Of a stretch of 64,000 nt of DNA, positions 53,944 to 64,000 are shown piece by piece. The stretch covers positions 108,972-172,971 of the forward strand of contig JAKMXF010000350.1 in the NCBI GenBank assembly GCA_024704765.1, in the 5' to 3' direction. Each line of letters opens with the position of its first letter. Position 1 is the first letter of the stretch. Position numbers and translations under genes: made by a program. Source of the stretch: Oopsacas minuta (taxonomy: Eukaryota > Animalia > Porifera). Under the pieces are notes generated by a model. The model made no database searches. It was not told the DNA's origin and saw nothing but the letters and a program-made list of their open reading frames with translations.

Positions 53944-55111
53944 TTCTGTGGTAAACTAATAATACAAATAATAGTGTAACAATAAAATGAGATTTGTTGT
54001 AGGAAAGTAGAAATGAGAAAACTCGGTTGAATGATTATTCGGGCTGTCAGCTGGGGTGGGAATAACTGTTGCACAGATTCCATAAAACTAAGTCCTTTTA
54101 AAATATCTTATAGTAATTCATGTCACTATGCCTACTTGATATAGTGGTGTTACTAAAGCAGAATTCACCCTTGATAACGTGTCTTGAAAAATTAAGATGA
54201 TGTAATGCAAGGCTTTTCACAAGTCACTAAGTCAGTAGATTCCTATATCGAGTCATTAATCAAGCAACTCATTACTCGCATGCTTACCCGCTAATGACCA
54301 AAAAATGGGAGAAAGCGAAATGTTTAGTTACTAGCAAAATTTTAGCTTGTACCTTTGATTTCAACTACAGTTATCATCCGTAGTGTCAAGTTCTCGCAAA
54401 ATTAAAAGTTTATTCAATTTTCATTACATTTTCATGCTAACTTCATCTCGAAAGTTCATGCTATCAAAAGTTCTTGCCAAAGTTCAGATTCTTGACATGT
54501 TCCTGCCAAAGCCAAGATCTAAGAACTGGAAATTATTTGAATATTTTCAGCTCTTTTAAGATATAATAGAGTTGTATTCTGTTGTACTTAATGTAAACAC
54601 GTTTCTTAGTAACATATTAGTAAATTCAATATACAAGTGGATCTCCCATTGAGTTTATTTTATTTCTGAGTTCAGGGTACCTCCGGACCAGACTGCCCTG
54701 ATCTCAGAGGTTCTACTATAGTCATTATCTTTGACTATTAGCTAATATTATCATATATAAATACTGCAGTGCAAATCCGAATTCATTGTAGCTTCAAATA
54801 TGTGTTTGACTTCATAAATTCTTATACATGTACTACACAGAGGTCATTGTTGCTACATAAATACAAATACATGCACTACTTGTCTTCCAACTTGGACTCG
54901 GACCTTCTTATAGTAAGTATTTTGTTTACGTACCACATTGAACCAAGTATTAACTTAAATCCAAGGTATTTAGAATAATTAGCTTGTGTTAAAAGGCTAT
55001 AAATATGACTGTTAATCACGCTCCATCGCCTTTGTATCAATACTGTATTATAGGAAATAAACTCTACTTTTCAAAAAGATTTGCTCCAAATCAAGTTAAC
55101 GTAATTAGCTG

Positions 55112-55767
55112 TTGGACATAGGTAGCAAAAGGTATTCATTAATAATCATTTCCATTATTATCTGGAATAATAATGCAAATCCAATTGCCTATTTATCACC
55201 AAGCTTTTCCTATACAGGGACAGGTGTTTACAATGGGAGTGCAGGTGGCATGCCATTTAGTGTTGATTACTATGGACTAACTTTTGACCTTGATGTCGCT
55301 CGCGGCCTAGAATATGTCGATGGATATTATAATGTTGGCCCCGAGAAAGTAAGGTATTTTATATTGACCAGTGTAACAGACGAGACTATTTACGAATTCG
55401 TTAATGGAGAGTGCACAGAGATTCCTACGGCCTCCTAGAACTCGTTGTCACTCTGGTAAAACTATTCTTCAACTGGCAATACCGACGAATATATCTACGC
55501 AAATGATATTATCAGACACACCTATACGTTAGGTAGTATGGACTGCCAATGTATTTTTTCTTAAACCATACAGATTGGAATTTCACGCTTGAAGTTCGGA
55601 TATCGACATATACCAACTCTACTCCTCCATTCTCTACATTCCAATTACCTTCCGAATGCTCTCAATTCACTTGTGCTGCTTGTTACAGCACTGCTACTAT
55701 AGTAGCTATCAGCACATTCCTTCTATTCACTGCTGTCTCTATGCAGATTTTATTCCATATAATGTAA
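55112..55767 (+). pseudogene. Possible ependymin-related secreted/GPI-anchored protein, disrupted
   Basis: Coding-like frame with in-frame TAG (55436-38) and TAA plus a frameshift near 55555; ends ...PPFSTFQLPSEC followed by a hydrophobic C-terminal tail. Family assignment is by resemblance only. Confidence 0.35.
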
Positions 55768-56237
55768 TGATAACTTTCCCATTTTATACTACTATAGGGT
55801 ACATACCAAATGTGTGTCTAAGTTCGCTAGACTGATCCAGTATTGTATTGTGTGATTAAACTAAGTGAATATATTGTCAATAATATCTTAGAGTTCATTA
55901 GGATCAAGGGGTCGATGGATTATCTAAATTAGTTATAAGAACTTGAACATTGACAAATTCCAAATGTTTATCAATAAACTATGGAAGTTGGCACAGGTTA
56001 GTATTTTTTATATTACTTTGCGAGGGATGTTGATACCCGATAGAAATGTCAGTTCTTCAATGCATTGAATACAATTAAAGTTTCAATGTACAGTGGATCT
56101 CGCTTAACATTATACCTCTCTTGCATGAGTGTTTTATGACATTATCCGGGATATCTGGGAATCCACTTCGTATACGTATTATGCATGTACATGTTATGGA
56201 GTAGTGAGAGTATGTACGTGTTCAGAACTAAATCGCA

Positions 56238-57102
56238 ATGTTGCAGACCAAATGCGTTTTCAAGCCAAACGCGTTTGGCCTTTTCTATATTTTCTAATTC
56301 TCATGGATGTCTATTTATTTATGTTTGTGGCTAACCAAATACAATCAACAAAGTGACTCTCCCTAAACGTCGTCATTGTTTAATCTGGCTTACATAATCT
56401 GGCAGTTTGCATTTCTTAGCTTATTTGGTGATGTATTTACTACTGCTAGAGGGAGATAGTCATCAAAATATGACTAATATCCAGGAGCGCAATGCGCTGT
56501 GCGGAACATAACCTTGGATCCCAACATGGCCGGCCCTAACCATGACGTAACCAAATCCTATTCGCCCGATATATTAACAACATTATGTATACAAGGAGCG
56601 ACTCTTTAATTTAGTATACAGTAATAGCTTATTTTATAAAATATGTTATGTCTCTTGACTCTCCTCAGAATAAATTATTCAAGCATATTTCTTATTTTTA
56701 CGCACTACATGAAACAAGTTCAGAGCCCCAAAGTGATGGCCCCTGGTCGTCGACATCTAATGAATTATTCGAATAATATAATTCATTAAACCAAATTTGG
56801 TCAGAGATGCAAGCTGCCAATTTATAATCGCTGATATATCGATATTAAGCAATTCTCTATTCAAGGTTGTAACTCAGTATGTTCAACACTCATCAACCCA
56901 ATCTCGTCCTTCCGTTATGTACATTATGTAAGCCCAGATTAAACAATGAAGAAATTAAGGAAGAGTCACTTTGTTGATTGATTTTGATTAGTCACAAATA
57001 TATATAAATAGACACGCATGAAAATTAGAAAATATAGAAAATGGGGTGGCGGAATTCCTCTGTCCGAACGCGTTTGCCTTGAAAACGTATTTGGCCTGCA
57101 AC
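56238..57102. mobile_element. Old non-autonomous element with diverged ~130-150-bp terminal inverted repeats
   Basis: tgttgcagaccaaatgcgttttcaag..caatcaacaaagtgactct is inverted at ~56950-57102. Confidence 0.6.
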
Positions 57103-57145
57103 AGCAATACATGTAAATACAACTATATGCTAACGAGTTTGTTCA

Positions 57146-57442
57146 ACGAAAAAGAAGTTAGCAACCAATTCAAATTATAAAAATGTGTTCACTTCAATCG
57201 TGTATTTTACCGACTTTCCGTATAGTTAAGAGAAAAAAACTTGTTATTATTCGAAAGTATAGCGTTGGTGGATTACGAAAATGTCATCAGAATTGTAAAT
57301 ATATGTAATGACTTAGCATTGAGGTTTTGAATTTTTCCATCCGAATAAGTTTTTTTCTCTAGCTATACGGAAAGTCGGTAAAATACACGATTGAAGTGAA
57401 CACATTTTTATAATTTGAATTGGTTGCTAACTTCTTTTTCGT
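57146..57442. mobile_element. Mutator-type MITE (297 bp), ~75-bp near-perfect TIRs, 9-bp TSD GTTTGTTCA
   Basis: TSD at 57137-45 and 57443-51; acgaaaaagaagttagcaaccaattc... is inverted at the right end. Confidence 0.88.
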
Positions 57443-57649
57443 GTTTGTTCATACTGTTCACTTATGCACAGTATATTTCCAAGTGTTTTCTTCTAATAAA
57501 TTTCAGCAATTAACCATCAAGCTGGAGTTCACGTTCAATTCTATTATATTATCGGGAAGGATACCAAATCTGCCCACTTTTATTATGACAATAACCGAGT
57601 TTTTAGTACAAGAAGTGATGAAAATGGTTTGGGATTCGAACTTTTTATG

Positions 57650-57705
57650 ATAATAAGCAGTATGATAATAAGCGGTATGATAATAAACGGTATGATAATA
57701 AGCGG
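57650..57705. repeat. 15-bp tandem repeat (GGTATGATAATAAGC-like x~4) inside a pogo-like MITE end
   Basis: Read directly; adjacent to rc TACAGTGGATCCCGC. Confidence 0.75.
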
Positions 57706-58297
57706 GATCCACTGTAGTTACTTCTATTTCGTGGAAAACAAATGAATACCCACCAATTTCGATACTGACAGACTTAGTAGTAGCACATCATATATAACAA
57801 TATACAGTGAAACTTCGTTAATACGAACACGGTTAATTCGAATTTCCGGATAAGACGAACAAATATTCACACAAAATCAGGTCCCTACAATGGTAATTCA
57901 CGCATTTTGACCGTCCGTTGCATTTGTGTTCGTATTAACGAGGTTCCATTGAACGAATAGTTATACATAGTGTAACTTCTGATATAATAATAACTCCGCC
58001 CTGAATACGAAGTTATATAGGTTAAAATAGATGGTACACGTTTCTCAAAAAATATTTGAGAGTTAACACAAATGTGGGAAGTGGAATGTATTAAGATATT
58101 GTATTTCAGGACGCATTCTTTAACTTAACAACTTCCCAGTGTAAGCTAGGCTCTTCCCAATTATTTTCAAATTAATTATGGCACTATCTCTACTTACATT
58201 ATAATACCAGAGCGTTATTTATGAATATCAAGTAAATCGTAAATGAAATCTCAAAATATATGAGACTTACACTGCCCTCAATAGCTATATATGCTTC

Positions 58298-60096
58298 GAA
58301 TTGCGGACAATTCGTCGCGGACAACTCGTCTCGTGGACAATTCGTGGCCGGACAATTCGTCGCGTGGAAAAAGGAAAAAAAATTAAGATAGTAAGCAGTA
58401 AATGGAAATGATACTTATGATACTTAGTATATGATGTAAATATTAAAATTCAAAATTATATGTTATCCCTCGAAGAGATTCGATGGTTTCGCGATTATCA
58501 TATTTGATAACTATGTTATACATCCTTTCTTCACGTTCCACACTCGATTTTGACCGCTGCTTCAAATTTCCTCCTTCCCGCTTTGCATAAATTGCCTCTT
58601 GAAGTGATTGCTCTTTTTGCAAAAATCTTAAGAGTTTTATCAAATCTGGGTGTGGATGACCAATGCCATGGCTAAAAGCATTATGCCAACCTTCAACGCT
58701 ATTATTTGTTCGAAGGATTCGATCCATCAATCTTTGATGCATGTTCCACTCTCTGATAGGAAAAGGTGGCGTCCTACGAGAACCATTTGGTAGCTGTTTT
58801 CCAATATAGTTGTCTTCAAAATATTTTGCAACTGTCTTCCCAGATTGAGGATATTCATGCATCAAGATGTTAAAACAATCAATAACATCGATCTCAGACA
58901 CGAAAGCCAGGCAGGTCAACATCTTCGGCTTCAAAGCTAAATCCCTATCTTGTTGATACGCCGTAGCTAATCCATTAGCTTGAATTCTCCGATAAATGCT
59001 CTGTTTTAAGTGGAAGAAACATCCATAGGCACATGTAAGGAAAGTATTTTCCACTGCATTTATCGCGGCCATTTCGAAATCCACCATTATGGATGTAGGA
59101 TTTAATTCGGACTCTAGTTGGAGCAGTTTAGAGATCATTCTTTCATAGGTCTCCTCAGTCTTAGCCTGAAATAAAGCATAAACACTAGGGAATATATATC
59201 CATCTCTTTATGCATGGATAGTGTAAAGTTGGAAGAAATGTTCTGGAACAACTTTAAATGTGCCGTCACAGTACCAGTTGGTACTTTCTTTAAGTATAGA
59301 TAAAAACTTTGAAGTTCCAAAGAGAATCATTCTGTGATCGTCGCCTTCTCCTGAATCAAATAATAGGAAGCTTTCACCATTGAGTGTAAATTTAACTCTA
59401 TCTGGAATTATTATTTCAGCGCAAGAACTTGGGTTTCCATAAAATTCCTCTTCTCTTACACCTCCTAATAGTTCTCTTAACAGAGTCAAGCGTTGGTAAT
59501 TTGTTAATGGATTCTGCTGTTATTCCTTCTACTGAAGTTGCAAGGAGATTTCGGGTACTTGATTCAGAATTTCGAGCGATTCCTTTGAGGTTCGTATACC
59601 CTCTTAGCATCTCGACACGAGTTATATCAGAACTATGCGAATGCTCACTTGGTATTATTGAAGGATCTGTAGGTTTGACTACTTGATTATTACTTGTGTG
59701 TAGCCTCGCTTTGCAGATTCCGCGCTTTTCACACACCCAGTATTCGATATTGTGAGATTTTCTATTCAAAGTATAAGTAAAACCTTGAATGCTTGCTTTA
59801 TCTTTATTTCTTTCACTCGGAATCCTCTCAATCGAAAACGAAGAAGTTAAGGAAGTAGCCATAGTTTCTTGGTAGTAGTAAGACTTTTTAAATCCCCATT
59901 TTTGACTGATTTTAATACTATTTTGATCATGTTACAATAGACAACATACCAATCAGCTGACAATGCCAAACTTCAAGAGTGGGATATAAACAATTTACTT
60001 TTCACAACTTCAATCAATACTTCTTATGAAATAAAGACTAAATAGCGAAGTCATAAAAAGCGACGACTTGTCCATGCGACGAATTGTCCGTTTACC
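58298..60096 (-). mobile_element. Full-length MULE (1799 bp) with a frameshifted FLYWCH+MULE transposase (59862-58443)
   Basis: 9-bp TSD ATATGCTTC (58289-97, 60097-105); TIR core CGGACAATTCGTCGC; motifs WYCDGTF, QLYTIHA, VDFEMAAINA..GCFFHLKQ, RTNNSVEGWH. Confidence 0.92.
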
Positions 60097-60627
60097 ATAT
60101 GCTTCACAAATTAAGTAATCCGAATTTCACAAGCTAAATACCGTATTTCCCTGAATAAGCACCCAAGCGCTTATCCAGTTATAGAAATCAACGTTATTTC
60201 CAGTTTCGGGTGGAGCTACCCCCCTCGCTTATTCAGGAATACGGTAGCTGGAATAATGTACTTTGAATTTTTGATTCATGGGCATATGCAAAATGTTATG
60301 GTTGGTGAGGCTGTGGCTCTACAATAAGTCTGCTCTCTCCATAGAGACTAATAGAAAAGTGTGTACATGGCCCTGACAATCCTGTCATCAAGGCTACGCC
60401 CCTGTGATGTGATATTCATGCGGGGATATGGTATTATATTGTGTCCTCATATTCTATTCCATGGTCTTGGCTATTCCTACAAATTTATTATTCAGAATCT
60501 CGAAGTGCAGAGCAATCAACGCAATGCTCACCTTGAAACCCAAGCAAATAAGGTTAAATAATACTTAAGATTACCTTAGGCAATTGTAAAAATAACCATC
60601 ACGAGATTAAACAACTATTATATATTA

Positions 60628-62622
60628 TCACGATAACTCAAACATATCCTCTCTGTATGTGACGTCATCAGATACTAAGTGGTTAATCAGCTGATCTCCT
60701 AAATTTTCATCATATTGTTCTGACATGACATTAAGTTGAGTAGCAGTACTATATACTATATTATCAGAGAAGAAATGAGGAGCACAGTCATCATCCCAGT
60801 TCTCTTCACTCGGTATAGTTATGGTATTAGTAGGTGGTAGTACTGGGGGTAAGGGAGTTGGATCGTCTTCAGAGATACACTTGGTTACCTCGATAAGTTC
60901 AGCTTGTTGTGTATCATCAGCTGTATAATCTGTTACTGGAGGAGCTGGTATGAATATATCAGTGTCTATACGGTAGGCTAGAGAAGAGTTAGATGAGTCT
61001 TGTAAACTTAATCTTACCCCTGTCTCTTCGAAGAAATTATGAACATCTTCCTCAGTTACACTGGTACCTCCAAACCCCCAGTAAGGAGAAGTATGTAACA
61101 AATCTCTCTGTAAGTGAGCAGCTAGAGATGGGAAACACCCTGATGTTACTTGAATACACCCACTTACATCCATATACACGAGTGAAGTACTACTCTCTAA
61201 TATACTACTCAGTGCTAGGTTTGAAATCTCCATACACATGCGTGCTGTGAGGGAGTGCAGGTTAATGTGTAATGTAACTAATCCTGTGTCTGTTATTAGG
61301 TTGAGATATGATATGTCTAGTGTGGTGAGTAGAGGACAATTGTTTAGGTGTGAAATACCAATGTCTGTAACAAGGTAACAACCTGGTATCTTGAGGGAGG
61401 AGAGCAGAGGGATATTAACAAGAGTTAGTAAGAATGAATCAGTCAGCTGTAATTGATGAGACAAATCCAGACATTTAAGATTATGTATATTACAAAGCTC
61501 TAATTGAAATGGTAATGACGCTATATTTTCATGTGTCTTGATAGTGCTAGGAAACTGTAGAGATATTAGATTAATACACTGTGATATATCGCGTAGTGAT
61601 TGTGACGTCAGTGAGTAGCAGTGCTCTAGATTGAGTGAGAGTAGAGCGGGACTAGTAGAACAGAGATAACTCACTCCCAGTGGTGATAAGCGTGAACAAC
61701 CGCAAGCATTGAAATGAAGCAGAGATCCGTTAAGCATACGGAGACAGTTACCAGATACTCGCTTACTCTCACTAATATTCAGATAAATCAAATCTCCCTT
61801 TGCCTTAATTATCCACCAAAGGATCTTCTCAGATAATCCTGTACACCCTACAAGTGAGAGATTTCGCAGATTAGTACAACATGAGAAGTACTTCTGTACA
61901 GGTTCCAGTGATAGAGTTATTCCTGATAGATCTAGTGTAGTAAGCTGTGGTGCATAATGTGATATTATCTGGAGAGACCCAGGTGTTAACAACCGCGCGG
62001 ATCCAGATACGTCAAGAGAGAGAAGGGAGGGACCTGTTCTAGATAATAAAATGGCGAGTAGTTCATTCGTTAGTCCAATTGTAGAAGATGTGAATCTCCA
62101 TATACAGAATACATTTTTGAATGAGATAGATTTCTTCAAGTACCAATACTGTCTACATACACTGTGTAGAAATCGACAAGTACTATCCATGCGACATAGA
62201 GCAGAGATGTCAAGCAGAGATAGTATGTGTAGCCAAGCTATTGTTGGAATAGTAGTGACATGATGGTTACTAGTATGAGTGTCAGGATAATACAGAGGTT
62301 CTAGTTGTAATAGTGAGTCATCTGAGCTTACAGATGGTATCTTAGTGCGTTTAGGTAAAGAGAGTTGTATATGTAATGCTCTACCATCCATTGTCAGTTT
62401 TGAATTTCTAGCTAGTGCGAGCCGCATACTCTGATTATCGTAGAATGTAACGATAGCAGTACCGGATGATTCCCGGTTACCTCTAGGCCCCCTCTTTGAA
62501 GGCAATACACAATTCTTTATAGGCCCGAATTTTGCGAATATGTCATGGACTTCTTGATAGCCAGAGGAGAAAGGAACATTAGAAACGAATAATTTGTAGT
62601 TCTTGCTAATTTTAGTGGACAT
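60628..62622 (-). CDS. RRM + F-box + leucine-rich-repeat protein, 664 aa, intronless
   Basis: RRM (KLFVSNVP..GTAIVTF), F-box-like IPTIAWLHILSLLDISALCRMDSTCRFL, FBXL-type LRRs (LxxLDIS/GC..VTD), acidic tail. Confidence 0.88.
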   Translation of the reverse strand: MSTKISKNYKLFVSNVPFSSGYQEVHDIFAKFGPIKNCVLPSKRGPRGNRESSGTAIVTFYDNQSMRLALARNSKLTMDGRALHIQLSLPKRTKIPSVSSDDSLLQLEPLYYPDTHTSNHHVTTIPTIAWLHILSLLDISALCRMDSTCRFLHSVCRQYWYLKKSISFKNVFCIWRFTSSTIGLTNELLAILLSRTGPSLLSLDVSGSARLLTPGSLQIISHYAPQLTTLDLSGITLSLEPVQKYFSCCTNLRNLSLVGCTGLSEKILWWIIKAKGDLIYLNISESKRVSGNCLRMLNGSLLHFNACGCSRLSPLGVSYLCSTSPALLSLNLEHCYSLTSQSLRDISQCINLISLQFPSTIKTHENIASLPFQLELCNIHNLKCLDLSHQLQLTDSFLLTLVNIPLLSSLKIPGCYLVTDIGISHLNNCPLLTTLDISYLNLITDTGLVTLHINLHSLTARMCMEISNLALSSILESSTSLVYMDVSGCIQVTSGCFPSLAAHLQRDLLHTSPYWGFGGTSVTEEDVHNFFEETGVRLSLQDSSNSSLAYRIDTDIFIPAPPVTDYTADDTQQAELIEVTKCISEDDPTPLPPVLPPTNTITIPSEENWDDDCAPHFFSDNIVYSTATQLNVMSEQYDENLGDQLINHLVSDDVTYREDMFELS

Positions 62623-63302
62623 TCTAAATAAATAAACAACCTCAGTATTCTAAGAAATAATTATAGTACTATAGCTATACTAACATTTATAACAACTGAG
62701 CAGACAAACAGAACAGACATGAGAGATAAAGACATCGTTGAGATGGGTAAAACGAATTGATATATGTTACCATTTCGTTATAACTCCTGTTATAAAGGAA
62801 ATGATTCCTTAATTAAGTCTCACAGTAACTTATAGAGATGCCGCCCTCGCTCACTGGTTATCATTGGGTCACACTGTTTCCCGCGGCTCTGACATACCTG
62901 TACCAGCCACTCCAGAATATTTTACTACATAAATTACGGAAATTGATGGTACGCTCGCGCTCTAGAGAATATGAATACGTAATTCCAGGCCAAAATTCTA
63001 GCGTCATTCTCTCCCCTAATTGTTGTTATAGGCTTTTAACACGTATTAGATCAGTTGTAGTGTCAGATTTATTGGATTAGTGTAAACAACCCCAACTTGT
63101 TGCTCCAGTATGACTAGCATAGAGCTACTTGTTCCTAGGGCTTTCAATCCCGAACACTCATCCCCAATCTCGGGATTGAAAGCCCTACGTGTTCCCCAGG
63201 TTATCTGAACGCGTGTTTAACCGTTAATAATTGCTTTCCAGTGTTACCGAATGGGGATTTAGGCACTAAGAGACCCAGGAATTGTGCCGTTCCGATACAA
63301 AA

Positions 63303-64000
63303 CGAGGTGTGCCCATATCACATCTATCCAATAAGATAAAAAGTTTTGAGACATTTTAAGCTAACTGTTTGATTGCAAATTATTTGTATAATTGTAAAGA
63401 TGCAATAGAAATCAAACATTGCTGATATAAAATCAAACTACAAAGGGTATTCATTTAATTCGTAACTCTTAGAATATTTGTATTATATAAGTGAGATAAG
63501 CCTAAATGCTACTATAAATGTTCAAAGTAGTCTCCCTTGTGCTCAACTACAAGCTTTAAACGCTCTATCCACTTGAAAAATGTTTTTTTATACTCTTCTT
63601 GTGGTATGTCTCTGAGGTACCGTTGGATGGCCCTTCCAATTTGCATCCGTTCTCCAAAAACTGTACCTGCTAGGTGCTTTTTGAGCCCATCGAATAGCCA
63701 GAAGTCGCAAGGTGCTAGGTCAGGGCTATAGGGTGGATGTTCCAATTCCTCAAGACCTATAGAAGCAATCTTTTCCTTGACTTCCTTAGATTTGTGCGGT
63801 CTGGCATTATCATGCAAAATTTTGATTCCTCTAAGACCCGTGGCTGGCCGACGTTCAATATAATGTTTTTCGATTTCCGGAAGAACAACTGTTGCATAAA
63901 AGTGCCCGGTAACTGTTTGCCCCTTAGGAGTACAGATTTGGCAGACTGGACCGTGTGCATCGAAAAATATGGTGTACATTACTTTGGTGGCCCAATGATC
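63303..64000 (-). mobile_element. mariner (DD34D) transposase, 3' part; runs off the window
   Basis: ORF 63512-63979: LHDNARPHKS..HPPYSPDLAPCDFWLF..KGDYFE; cgaggtgtgccca near 63303 is a probable TIR start. Confidence 0.85.

Overview
AT-rich, intron-containing animal genomic DNA (an early-branching metazoan such as a sponge is plausible, but that is inference only). Host genes: an NHL-repeat beta-propeller, a multi-exon Ig/FN3 single-pass receptor, an intronless CD36/SCARB receptor, a 4-exon cathepsin L, a disrupted B4GALNT3/4-like glycosyltransferase, a 7-exon VPS11, an SLC36-type amino-acid transporter, a disrupted ependymin-like gene and an RRM-F-box-LRR gene. These sit among many DNA transposons (Tc1 DD37E, mariner, MULE, hAT, pogo-like MITEs, Helitron-like repeats). 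The standout is a complete 3138-bp RAG1-like/Transib-superfamily transposon at 8908-12045. It has a perfect 5-bp TSD (TATAG) and RSS-like heptamer ends (CACAGTG / CATAGTG). Its termini are asymmetric and bipartite, with a shared GTATTAGG block 12 vs 21 bp from the heptamer. It carries a decayed RAG1-core ORF that retains the DDE triad, the Zn ligands and an NBD-like segment, with no RAG2-like gene inside. The first ~1.6 kb holds an exact 728-bp duplication across a single N, probably an assembly artifact.
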